Of a stretch of 64,000 nucleotides of DNA, positions 20,714 to 34,012 are shown one piece after another. The notes under the pieces were generated by a model that saw only the letters and a list, made by a program, of their open reading frames with translations, ran no database searches and was not told where the DNA came from. The position numbers were made by a program, and so were the translations under genes. The number at the start of each line of letters is the position of its first letter. The first letter of the stretch is position 1. Source of the DNA: Styela clava (lineage: Eukaryota); NCBI RefSeq assembly GCF_964204865.1, contig NC_135263.1, positions 11,656,001 through 11,720,000 of the forward strand, in the 5' to 3' direction.

Positions 20714-23700
20714 TTTGCTATTTTTCGGTGTTGTATAGGCTAATTCTTCTTCGAAACGAGCAGTCTGTGGTAAAATGTGACAGCATACAGACTGCAAACA
20801 AGCATATTATCGAACTAATTAAACCGCAAATCGAAATAAAAAGATAACATTTCATTAATATGTAATAATGCATAATCTGCATACCACTGCAGATTTTGCC
20901 AAAACATCCGCAAACAACTAACCTTTAAAAGAAACAAAATCTGGCGTGAAATTTAAGCTAGCCTAATTGTGATACTATCAACATTCCATTCCAGAATTGT
21001 AAGCCGTTCGTGGCTTATCGGGGTTACGCAAATTTCCGAAAGCCATTTACTTGTCCAGATTAAACGCATTACTGAATATTGTAGATTTTAGTGATTGTGT
21101 GTCTTTTCTACGATTTCATCAATTGGGTTCAGGTTGTGTTTTCGGTTTCGCCGGTTTGAGTCTTCAAATAGTGCATAAGAACAAGTCTACGCGCAAATTC
21201 CTTACATTACAAAGTCCACATATATATACGTTGCTGTAATAAATCTACTTATCTTTTACAGATCCGTCTGTTTCTAAGCTGAAGAGCTATTGCTAATACC
21301 GAATACTTTATTTTCATTAAGCCATTGTTCAAAAACAGTATTAGTATCGAACGTGATCCACGTCATGATTTGTAAACTATATATATATTCACGTAGATAC
21401 GTGGGATGATGATTGTTGATTTTGAACATAGAATTTGCATTGACACATTGTATACTCGTGCACAAGGTTGTTAAATGACAAAAATGGTTGACCATTCGCA
21501 GTTTGACTACATGTTGGTGGGAGGTTTCCTGGCTCTGTATGGAATTTTGACGAAACCATCAGTCAATGCTAACTGTCCTGATCTAGAGTAAGGAGCGATG
21601 CACGTTAAATGGCGTTCATTTTACTAGTTTGGATTCAAACTGAAAAATATGGACCAGCGTATGCTTCATGACAAGAGTTTTTGGACAAAGGTCGATATTT
21701 ACATTTGCATTCTAACCTCTGGTATTCTACAATTCGTCCCAATCCAACATCGAACAAAGTATAACAAACAGCCGTACTTGTCTCTTTGAAGCTACTAAAT
21801 CTAAAACAGACGAAACATCACACTTTCAATGTAAACGTAATTAAATCACCCGCTAACCGCTTGTCACCTATTTGTCTTAACTATTATATATTTATTTATG
21901 TATATATATATCTATGTCCCAACTCGAAATATCAGGCGGTCGCCTGGAGGGTTATAGAAGGAAGTAACCCTTCAATACATATAGTCATATGCTTAATGAA
22001 CCTTTATCTTTTCGATCACAGGTTTTAAAACCATCAAGTTTTAAAAAATAAAAGCAAAAGTTAATTCAAAAAACTTCATCTTATCTAAAACAGTTCAATA
22101 AATAATTTAGTTGCTGTTTTTTTGCCAACAATCATACATTTACGTGAATTATATGCCTGCTGTACACCACGCTTTGCTTCGATAAATTCTGCCGTCGCAA
22201 AAATAGTTCTACCATTACGTATTAAAGGCTACAACTATGCAGGCTGTTTTCCTATTTCTGGTCCAGAGCTAAATTGGTAACAATCAGATCTCATCACAAA
22301 ATCAAGCGAGTAAAAACAAAACGGAAATTTTAGTTTTAATCAGGCTTGGTTTTTGAAAACTGAACTTTGAATAAACATTAACTGTGAATATGATCTATTT
22401 GAATTGTTGACTCGGTGTTTTGAATAAAGTTTATGTTTTTTTATTAATTCTAATTTAGCCAAGCCTACATGATAAGCCCGGCTTACACTAACTGGTCGAC
22501 ATTAATTAGACAATTCTGCTAAAATGGTCTCAAAACTATTCAAGGAGTGTCGAAATTTATGTAATCTTACATAAAAGGTAATGAATATTGATCGATATTG
22601 AACTCAAACTTTCTTTTAATTCGGGCTGGATTTATCTCTAAATATACCTTCACATTTCATGAAATAGTACATTCATATTTTGTTTTATATCTATCGTTTC
22701 ACGGCATAATTTTGTTTTGTATACATTACAAACTGTAGCCGAGTCATGCCTAATCTTGACTGATCGATATTACAATTTAGTAACAGTTATTTTGGGAAAG
22801 AAACGTCGGCGACGACAAACTAGATTCTGCATGTCAAATTTTGTGCGTAATACAAAGAATTATTTCCGTTATATTTGTATCTCCATGTCCATGTCAAATC
22901 CATGACTAAAGAAATGGGTTTGCTAACAGGTAAATGTTTAAATATTAATACGTACAGCCGACATATTCTTATTAAGTATGTATATCTCTACCTGCTGATA
23001 AAAAATAGCCTAAAATATTGCTCTTGCTGTGAATATCTTAAGTTTTCATACCGGTCCCGCTATCTCAATTTTTCATATTCAATTACTCAAAATAGCTGTC
23101 TTTTTTGTGCGTTTAGTTGGACCAACAATCCAATAATTTGAAGCATCGTTCTTAAATATAAAAACGATTTGATGCTAATTTTTAGGATAACATTTAAAAA
23201 TTAGCTCAGTTTAAATTTCCATTCAAACTGGTATTATTTGTGAACTTACTTTTGCTTGAATGAACCGTTTTAAAAGATGTCTCTATCAATGACACCATTC
23301 TATTTGTGATCTAGACATTCTCCTCGCCTTACATGTAAAACTGAAACTAAAATAGCTCCAACTGTGACAAAACACTCTCAATCTGTTATTGCTCAGAAAT
23401 TGTGCACCGAACTTGACAAAAATGCAGGTGCGTGTGAGGCTAGTATATCACCGATAGATAAAATACATGCGGATTTCTGAGTACATTCGAATTCTTTTCC
23501 CTTCCACGCAACGTTTAAAAAGGTCAATAAATAACTAGTCCGAATATGGACTAATTGACTAATTAACAAATTGAGAATTATGGCTCACAGAAAGATACAT
23601 ATATAATTACTATTAAATACCGTTATTCGGCTTCAGTTTTTTTTTTCAATTTCTATAACGTGCTTTAAAGGGCTTTGAACTAGACTAGAGTACATCAGTC

Positions 23701-25119
23701 CTTGTGCTATCGTGGTGATGCGTGGGATCTATTACGCATATCATTGCAATAATTAGTAAGGAAACGAACGCATATGACTGCAAGGATTAAGGTTTCGGTG
23801 AATCTCATATGTCATTTTAGGTTTGCTCATAGCACCTTCTTTCCAGTAAAACAACATATCGCGGCTGAAGGTTGGTATGGTCACTAATTCGCCTCGAATT
23901 AGGTTAACTGAAACATTTTTAACAAGCAATAATGACACATATCAGTGATTTGCCGATCTCCTTATAAAAATCGGATACACCGTATCAATTATATACCAAA
24001 TCGTCAACGTTCTGGAAGATAAATAAAATTATAACAGAAACTGGTAAACTGTCCATGAACTTCTTTAAACGTCGTATCTGGTTACCATATTTTGCAGGCG
24101 AAATATGCAAATTGTTAGAAATGCTATTCTAACTCTAATTCACCTTCTGGCCTTATTCCGTGACAAAAAAATTACTAAATGTGGCAACGATCTATAACAT
24201 GCCTATAAAAATTATCTTCGTGTCACGTTCCGATCTACTACAACAAGGTATTTCAAGGGACGACAAAAAACGAATGGCACGCTTTACCGATTCAATTCAT
24301 GGTCCATGATGTCGGTTCATGTTTGAACGGTGATGAATCTTGTTTTAGATTTTTCATATTCTGTACTAGTTTTTAACAAATATATATATTTTTTATCTGT
24401 TCTGGAAAGATGCTTTAAATATCACTCGTAAAACTATGAGTTATAACTTCGACATGATCTCAAATATTGTTCAACAATGAAGTTTGGAATAATGGGCTTT
24501 GACGAGACCCGAGATAAAAAAGTATTTGGATTCCTCAAATTATAAAATCCGATATATTTCCAAAATGGTTGTTCCCGTAAATGGAATAATTGGATTCCTA
24601 ATTGTTATTCAGTAAATGACGGTTGGCGAGAGTATCATTGCTGAGATTTGTGAAAAATGACAAAATTGAATCTCACACGTCAAACGTTCCTAACGTAAGA
24701 ACGTAATGCCTTCCTTTTTTGGTCGCGATTACATAAACGTTTTGACTCAATTAATTTTACTATATTGTTGTCTATTTCATACAAAAATGCTCAGAATTGA
24801 TTTTGGCGATGTTCGCCTGATAGAGACTAACTATCATTGGGCAGATAAAAAAAGTGCGTCTCCCATTACGAAAGCGATAGGAGTTACGGTGACGAATCGC
24901 ATTATCCACAGCTGTATTCACTGTAATTGTTTCTATATTTATTTCTAATATAGCTCTCATCACCCATATGGTGCAACGGGCTAATGAATTTCCGCAGGTA
25001 ATCCTAGCCAACTCGTTGTTATTTCTATAAACAATCAACGGAACCGTCATTCATATTATTCTAGTCATCTTTGGCCATAATTTGGTCAGACAAAATAATA
25101 GAATATTCCATAAAAAATA

Positions 25120-25414
25120 ATACGAGAATATCGGTTGGAGACCGAAGACTTATCGATCGTAGGTTAGGGGATCCCCCAAAACAGCGCTCTTACTCCATAG
25201 TGACACCGTGTGTTCCATCACTGATTAATCAATAACTCGCTAATTATACGACATAATTCATCGAAAATCAATAGGCTTCTATTCCGAACTATGATGAATG
25301 CACATTTACAAATTCAACCTCGCTTTCGTGAGATATCGCGTGTATCTAACAGACAAACAAACAAACAGACAAATACCTATCAACATACTTACCGATTTTA
25401 AGATCGATAAGTAA
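25120..25414 (+). mobile_element. HINE/Helentron-like non-autonomous element
   Basis: 5' acttatcgat subterminal motif, (acaa/acag)n microsatellite, 3' hairpin acttaccgat..atcgataagt; no TSD seen. Confidence 0.65.
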
Positions 25415-27096
25415 TAAACTATATAAATAGGTATTATACAGATATCAAATCTAATTAGTCAAATATGTGGATTAATTGGTACAAAATAATTTGATGAATA
25501 GCATGCAAACTCATTTTACAATTCAGACTATGACACCGTTTAAAAATATAAAATTCTCATTTTGCCCTATTCTTTATCAGAAACTCGAGATAAAAAATTG
25601 AAATTAAAACTCTTTCGCTGCCATCCTAAAATTTTTGAAAGATATTCAACTTTATTAGTTTCCTATTTCTGTTACCAACATTTTTGCTTCACTTTCTGAG
25701 TAATATCCCTGGTTCAAAAAAAAACTCATTGACTGCACTGGACTTAGTGTACACACGACTTCTATTCTGTGCTACAATATATAGCGAGTGCATACAAAGT
25801 ATATCGATTTGCATACTCTCTGTTTTTAAAAAGACAATCCAAAGTATAAAATACCCTCTGAAAGAATATTGATTATAATAATAATAAGGTACGAGCGCGC
25901 TGTTTAAAATGAAGTGGTGTTTCTTTTTTTTATTGCATCTTTCCTCTTGAGGGCACTATAGTATTTCCCTGATTTAATTATGAATGGAATATTCAAATAA
26001 TAAACATTTAAAAAAGAAAACTTTTTAGGAATGACTCTTATTGGCAATTTGAATTTTAAATAAAAGTATATTCAAAGTGTATGAGTAATATCAAGCGTAA
26101 TTATTATGATGGGATTCACACCGTCACTTGTTTTTTTCCGTATACAGTTAACACAAAAGCAATTCTTCCACGTATCTTTATCTGTTCTATTAAAGGGTAC
26201 GAAATATTTATCGGATACGAAGTGTAACCATGGCTCGTTTTGTTGTTGGTGGTATTCTTCTCTTCTTCTTGTTGTTGTTAGTAATATTATACGGGATTGT
26301 TCCCAAATGTAGGGTATGGTATGGTAGACATACCACGTCAAGAATTCTGAATTTGCCCTGGATTAACTCATATTTAAATTGTTGATGAGACAGAAAAAGC
26401 ATTTCGTTACAGAGAGGAATAAGTAATATTCGTATTACTTTGATGCGATGGTGTTCCTATAAAAGATCCAGTCGAGCACACGTTGAAGGTTATCCCCGTG
26501 ACGAACTACAATTCAAATTTTTCTATTACCGATTACATGACTTTTCAGGGAGTATGTTGTACTGCTAACCATGAAATATTTTACACTACATGGTGGCTCA
26601 GTGATAACATGTTAGTTATTAATTACTTATCTTTCCCCGCAGACTATTTATCATGCGTGAAAACAATATGTGATCTGGTGCAAGAAATTATAGTGTAGCA
26701 TGAAATATTCCACTGCTCTTGTCTTGAGTTAGGATGTTGTTGATCAGGGACGTAGACAAGCATTTTCAAATTGAGATTCTGAAATTTCTAATTGCCAAGT
26801 TGGACCGTAACAGTTAGCGGGAAACGGGGGTTTTTAATAGTTTTGAAGGTATGAAAAGCGTTTCAAACTACAAAAATTGGTATGTATGTTACAGAAAAAT
26901 GAATTTTTACATTTCAACGGGAGGGGGAGTGGGGGGGGGGAGGTGATTTTAGGGGTTTATACGATGGTCATAGAATGTATTTTGAGAGGTAAAAGTAAGG
27001 AATATCTTCCAGCATGTGTTACTTGACTTGACTTAGTACTTGAATAACTTTCAGCATTTCTTACTTGACTTGACCCCATACTTAATTAAAAATATT

Positions 27097-27400
27097 ATTA
27101 CTTATCGATTTCAATCGATAAGTATGTTGATAGGTATTTGTCTGTCTGTATGTCTGTTTGTTTTTCTGTTAGATGCACGCGATATCTCACGAAAGCGAGA
27201 TTGAATCTGCTCCAGATTTTGCATGTGCATTCATCGTATCTCGGACCAGAAGCCTATTGATTTTGGGCGAATTATGTCGTTTTATTAGCGAGTTAATAAT
27301 TAATTAGTGATGGGACTTAAGGTGTCACTATGGAGTAAGAGCGCTGTTTTGGGGATCCTCTAACTTTCGATCGATAAGTCACTGACCGATATTCTCGTTT
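27097..27400 (-). mobile_element. HINE/Helentron-like element, inverted relative to the 25120 copy
   Basis: Reverse-complement match along its length; perfect 11-bp hairpin acttatcgatt-tc-aatcgataagt. Confidence 0.7.
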
Positions 27401-27616
27401 TATTGTTTCTACCTTTTATTAAGTTGCAAAAAATTACAATAAAAACAGCGCATACCAAAAGGTTTTAAAATACATGACTATATTTTAACATGTATATAAT
27501 CTATATATACCCATTTAAAACCGTGCCCGGAAAATCCGCTACAGAAAATTTCTTACTACTTGAATACTTGTTTTACAGCAAAATTCTCGCGATTTTTCAT
27601 GCGCGATTTTTCCTAT

Positions 27617-27676
27617 GCGGCGAAATTCCCTGCGGCGAGATTTCCTACGGCGAAATTTCCTGCAGCGAATTTTCCT
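27617..27676. repeat. 15-bp tandem repeat, about 4 copies
   Basis: gcggcgaaattccct gcggcgagatttcct acggcgaaatttcct gcagcgaattttcct. Confidence 0.8.
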
Positions 27677-28114
27677 AGAACCTTTTAAGACATGCTATCC
27701 TAGGTAGCAATCTTGCTGTTGATAATCAAATTTCATTTAACCGAGGTTGCATTTGCCGCATTTTTTAAAATATTGAATAAGCTTTGTGTTGTGAGTTCTC
27801 AAAATATTTTGACTCAAGTAGAAAGTGCGGTCATGGATGTGCATTATCATGGAGATACAGACAGTGTGAGATATCTCACCACCTCTGCAGAAACATCTTC
27901 AAGTTTACGATCTTATGGATTGTCCAGGTGACGTCATACTGAAATGAACAAACAAAATTATTATTGATTCGCGCAAGAAATTTTCGTTTTGAAGAGGCCA
28001 ACATTTATTTTGGAATCACATCAAAATAATTTTTTTTATCATGCGCTTAAATGAATATTCATTTAATCATTTTGTCAAAGTAGCGAGTCAAAAAAGGCAA
28101 TACATTCACTAGAG

Positions 28115-28356
28115 CAGCGGTTCTCAACCGGGGCCCTCTAAAAGAAATCTCACAGTTTTTCCTAGTTTGCTGCTCAACAAGGTTATTTCGCAGGGTGTTT
28201 TCGCTCTCTTTTGTGCAAATTGTTTTAACATAATGAGATTTGGTATCTATCAATGAAAACAACCCTATTAATACCTCTAGAATATTAAAGTGGGGGCCAT
28301 GAGTGCTAAAAGCCTCCGAAAGGGGGCTACGAGTCATAAAATGTTGAGAACCACTG
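28115..28356. mobile_element. hAT (Charlie/Buster-type) MITE
   Basis: TIR cagcggttctcaac / gttgagaaccactg; perfect TSD cactagag. Confidence 0.92.
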
Positions 28357-28837
28357 CACTAGAGAATTCCATTCATTCGGAAAGCAAGAAAACTTAAATT
28401 GAAATTGACCTTGTATAGGAAGTGTTTAGTAGCATGGAATTGATTGAAACTGTCATTGAACTTTACTTGTCCACGGGCAGAAATATTTAGAAAAAATTAC
28501 TTATTATATTTAATTTATTTGTATATCTATTTGTTTGTAAATATTGTATAGAGTGTGTTAGTTCAGAATTTGATTTTGAATTGGTTAATGACGCAAAAAA
28601 CCACTGATGACATCAGTGCCAAATAACATATGAACAACAACAATATTAGAACAGTTTAAAACGAATTCTAAGCCTGAATATAAGTGGATTTGATCAATGG
28701 AATCTGGCCACCGGAGATCTATCTAGTCATACAATATACAATATACTCACTACTCGAAATAGGTTCTTTAATTTGTAGACAACGTCATGTTCTATTTCTC
28801 ATACAGAATATCTTCTCTGTGGTCCCATACGCGATCT

Positions 28838-31591
28838 ATGCCGCGTGATCGATTGGTGGTATTTCTGGCACTTGTGTTATCATTTTCTGCGTTTCTCTTG
28901 AGCATAGCATCATATGTAGATCGACCAAGAGGACACCAGGTATGCTTTAGATTTGAAAATGCTATTTACTGGTATATATTAATAATAATTTAAGTCAAGG
29001 TGGTCCACACCCTGACACGCGGGCTGTAAGAAGCATGCGTAAGAAATGGGGGGCACGAAGAATAAATTGTCTTGTGCAGACAGGGCCCGGCCCATGATAT
29101 GAGTCGCGCTTTTCATCTCAAGTTCACATCTTGAACTCGCGCCAAGTAACTCCTCATCATGAGGGACGATTTGTGCCCTTATTTTATTTCAAACACACCC
29201 TTGTTTTTAAGCGTGATCCACGTGACAGCAGTGACAAAACGCAGATCTGAAGCAGTATCCGAGAGCAGGAAACAATACATTGTTTTGTTGTCTTGTTTGA
29301 GCTTTATAAATCTTCCTTAAAACAAAACAAAAAACGCCACGCATGCAACATAACAATAAGCTGATTAGAACGGTAAACTATCATTCTCCGATATATTTAA
29401 CGAAACTAAACTCGCATATTTTAATCACATTTATGTTTTCCCGACTGCTGCAATTTTTTTTGCGGCCCTTTAACCTCGTCACTTTGGAACCACCTGATTT
29501 AGGTTGTTGGAACAAATAGCCAGAAACTGGTTAAAAATGAATCTTGAAGTACCTAATATTGCAATTCACTTCTCTTGTTGTGGATCGCAATTACGTTAAC
29601 ACAACTTTAAAATACATTTTTTAATGTATTCGTTCCATCCTATGCAATGTAAGAAAGAGAATTGCCACCAATTTGTGAAAATAATCGTAATATCACTTTT
29701 ACAGATATCTGATGCGGCGAAGTTGGACGTTCCCAGAGAAGAAATACATTTTCCAACTTTTAATTATTCCTCAACAACTTCGTTATTCGAAAACGAGTCC
29801 TATTCGGGGAGTGGAAGTGGAATGAGTCCAGAAATTTCAAACGATACTTTCATCGAAGTTTTGAGCGACCTAACTTTAGAACTTGCTGGAGACGAAATGA
29901 TAAACTGGGAGACATCGTTGATATCTAATATAACAGACCAACTCCGAGGATTGTTACAAGTCAATGAAAATAGGACTTTACATGTGGCGGATCAAATACA
30001 AAGTTTAAAACATTCACATAGATTGTCGAAATCACAGTTGGAAGACCTTAACGTGATATTGAATCAGATTCAAGACGCTCACGTAAACAATTCAGAGTCG
30101 ATAGCGGATTTGAAAATTTATAATGAAAACTCCTTCCGCACTATTTTAGGGTTGGTTATGACCTCACAATCGCTCCTACGGGACTTGGCGGTAAAAGCTC
30201 ATGTTCAAAAATCTACTCTGAATGATTTGGAAAACGTCTTGGAAAGGAAAACGAATTCACTAGAAAACACAATCAACGTTTTGAACAAGGAAAGAAATAT
30301 GACTACATCTGCAATTCTGTCAATTCAAGATCATCTCGATCAACTTCGATCTCAGATGAATTCTCAAAAAATAGATTTTCAGAGTGAAATAACTGACTTG
30401 ACTGATAAAATAAACCAATGTCTGACAAAAACTCAAGGAAACGCGAACGCAAACCACGTCATGAAGTCCCAAATACAATCACTCAAAACAAGTGCAACAT
30501 CTCTTTCTTACAATCCAGCACAATTGACTCAGTTAGAGTCACGTTTAACTTCAGCGATACAAGGGGTTCGAGGAAAGGGTCAGATGATGGAAGCTAAACT
30601 GCACTCACTGTCAAAATCCGTGCACGATATAGATCTATTTCGATTCGATGCTAACGCGACAATTACAAATATGAAACTAAAACTACAGAGTAAGTAGAGT
30701 AGCGTCTTTAAGATGTTATCAAAACATCATAAAAATAAGTCTGTGTTGAGCCTTTTTTAGTGCTATTTAGGATAATATAAATCTGCGATAGTTGATCAGG
30801 TTGAATACGTTACTTTATGGGTTACAAACAAATATGAATCACGTACCGATGAAAAAATGCCTTGGTTGATGGTTGGTAGAAATACCTTTTGAGTATTGAT
30901 AGATTTTAAAATTGAAATATATGCCACAGTTTGGCCAAATATTAATAGATAAAAATATTCATCTGGGTTTGCAGGAAAAGCAAATCGCGGATGGATTCAA
31001 GCCCCAAACGGATATGAGTATCATGTGACATTGAGCGAATACACAAAATGGGAAGAAGCAAAAGCGAAATGTGTTTTTCTTGAAGGAAAGCTTGCTCACA
31101 TTGGCGTGAGAGACACAAATATGCACAAGTATGTAAATTAGTGTTGTGTACTTCGAATATTCGCAGTCGAATCATATATATATTTATTATTTATATATGG
31201 CAGAATATTATGAAAATAATATATTATGATTTGCGATAGTGATTGTATAAATGTTTATTAACACAGTAAAAATTAAATATTTCTACTTTTGAGTGATTTT
31301 AAAAAATTACTTTCCAGCTTCATCTTCACAAATGTTGTTGAACCACGTGGACGAAGTGCATGGATTGGTCTAACAGATAACCGGAGAGAGGGTTCCTGGG
31401 TATGGCTTGATGGGCACCCTTTACAAGACTCGGAAGCCTACTGGGCAGTAGGACAACCAAACAACATTGTCAGATACAACAAGGATCAAGACTGTGCAGA
31501 AATTGACATTAAAGATGGACAATGGACCGACTTGTGGTGTTCGTCCCAAACAGAACCAAATGCTGCCCTTTGTGAGAGAAAGTCATATTAA
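28838..31591 (+). CDS. Membrane-anchored or secreted C-type lectin with long coiled-coil neck
   Basis: Exons 28838-28939 (hydrophobic N-terminus), 29705-30689 (heptad-rich neck), 30975-31128 and 31318-31591 (CTLD: WEEAKAKC, WIGLTD, GSWVWLDG, WAVGQPNN, QDC, WTDLWC, ALCE); all GT-AG and in phase. Confidence 0.9.
28996..29496. mobile_element. hAT MITE in lectin intron 1
   Basis: Ends caaggtggtcca / tggaaccacctg; TSD atttaagt / atttaggt. Confidence 0.7.
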
Positions 31592-33367
31592 AATACTACA
31601 TATATATATACATAAAGACATTGGGTTGAATTTTTATTAACACCCCACACTATACACTGGCACAAACCTGGTGTTCACATAACTTGTCTAATAATGTGAA
31701 GAACACTATGGCAAGTCATCAAGTTAAGATGTTTCTGCAAAACATTAAATTTTTAAAATATTGTTGTGAGTTATGACTAATAAAAATGTGTCAATGAAAT
31801 TTAGAAAGATTATCCATTCTTCTTATTATCTAGTTTCCAAGTATACAAAATATGAATTCATTTCATGCATATGGATGTTACTGTTGCCGCCATGTTAGCC
31901 ATATACTTCTTACTCACCTACGAATTTACGCTAATTTGGATAATTCTCACAAAGAGTCGAAGAAATTACCTATAAATCTTCCAACATTGTAAGTGGGCTT
32001 CCCTTTCAAATAAAAAAAAAATGATCAAATTATTTAATTAAATTTTTGAACATTCCGAATTAAACTCAGTTGTCGCTCAAAGAAGTCATCTGCCGATGGC
32101 GTATGACACTTCAGGTAAAAAGGTGCATACAAACTAGAAAAGCACGTTTCAATCTACCTTGCAAATATCAAAAAAAAAATGATAATAAATATTGTCACTA
32201 AAACTCGAAAAAATATTTGTGGACGACATTGATACATTTATATATATATATTTGAGCGTGTAATAATACTAAATTGCAATAAATATGACACTATGTAGTC
32301 TATATAAAAGATAAGTCGAGCCATAGATGAAGGCAATGCTGAAGCGCATATCACATATGCTGAAAAATAACAATGCCGTAACCAAAATAAGATAGTGGCA
32401 CAGAGCAGAAAAATGACCAAGTCGTTTGGTGCGGTTTATTCAATACCTTTTGAGAATTTTGCTAGAATAGTGTGAAATGATAATTGAAGTGTCTTTGTTC
32501 ATATGACAAATGATTCATTTTCCCTTAACTACTTACTGTAAAAACGCCTCCCTGGATCGTCTCTAATTATTTTTATATTTGATCATTTTTATCCAGTTTC
32601 CCCTAAGAGGACTTGCTTCTTCACACCTTATTTTGACTCCTTCTAAATATTGCCCATTCGAGAGTTTTTGTCTGATTGATTTGGACAATCACGTGATCAA
32701 CAAACGCAGCCTGTTGGCGTGATGGCTGGTATTGTGCCGGGGCGGGAATTTGTTTTTGCTTTATTGATTATTGATGTTTGTATTGTCTTGGGGTCGAGTA
32801 CAGAAGTATGAGTAGTCAGAGCTGTGGTTTCGACCAATATATCTTCCAAATGAGTAGATCCGACATTTCTTGTCTGACTCCGAGCACCTCTGTCCACGCC
32901 ACTCTGCTTTAGCATGACGTCTCTTCTTGTTCTAACTGCCGTGAAGGTCGGACGTGTTTTGGTTGCTCTGTATTTTATCTATTCAACTAGTGTGTTACAG
33001 CTGAGAAATACAGTCGTTTTACGTCTGTGATCAGACTATCCAACTTATTGTGTCGTTTTGAAGCACAAGGAATCGTCTGGTGGATATACAGGGATTCTGG
33101 TAAGCATACCTATTTTTGAAACCGCATCACTGCTGTAGTCTAGCGATAAGGGTGCGGGTGTCATATTGTTTTAGTCGTTACTGATTCTAGAATCAGGAGT
33201 TTCTCATTCATAAAAACTTTTGTGACAATGAATGTTTCTTATTATTTGCTTAATTTTCTTATGGCAAGCAATCCTTCATTGAGTTGATGTAAATCATTCA
33301 TGTGTGTGCCAGTGGCGTCGTACTCAGTTTCTCCAAATTCGTATCTTGTTGATTGTGGATAATTGAT

Positions 33368-33739
33368 GAATTTTGCATGTAAGAATTGTTATTTCTGGTG
33401 ACTTTTACACGTTTTCTGTAAGGAAATAGATATATTTTTATGTGAATTTATATATTATATGATTCGATGAATACTCGATTGCCCGTTGTTTGAAGGTATC
33501 GGGCACTACAACTAGCGAACTGACTACCCGCGGAATGATACAAGATTAACTATTCGAATTTTGCATATAAGAATGGTTATTTCTGGTGACTTTCACTCGT
33601 TTTTTATTAGGAAATAGATATATTTCCATGTGAATTTTATATTATATGATTTGATGAATACTCGATTGTCCGTTGTTTGGAGGGATCGGGCACTACAACT
33701 AGCGAACTGACTACCCGCGGAATGATACAATATTAACTA
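33368..33739. repeat. Tandem duplication, period about 188 bp, 2 copies
   Basis: 33368-33552 and 33556-33739 are near-identical. Confidence 0.95.
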
Positions 33740-34012
33740 AATATATAATGATTTAATTTTAAATAGTGGACTGAAGTTTTTTTTTATTTTTTTTTTAACC
33801 CCCAAGAGTTTTTTTGGACCCTAAATCAAATTTTTAACAGTGTATCTGTTCAGAACTGAGGGTCCCGGACAGTGATGTAGTACTTCACAATTAAGTAGGA
33901 AAGCAAAGAGTTCTGTTTACCTCATCCAGAATTAGAGTAGATTTGGCGGATTTATGTTTTGCCTAGCGAAATAAATATTAACTAAAATTTTCATTCAATT
34001 ACAAAATTTGTG

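Noticed and set aside
26072-26402. Overlapping short ORFs with hydrophobic stretches
   Set aside because: Driven by low-complexity gtt/ctt repeats; no assignable family or splice structure
27617-27676. CRISPR-like array
   Set aside because: Contiguous 15-mers with no spacers in eukaryotic DNA
32697-32960. Coding-looking stretch between the lectin and SLC22-A
   Set aside because: No frame gives a recognisable domain
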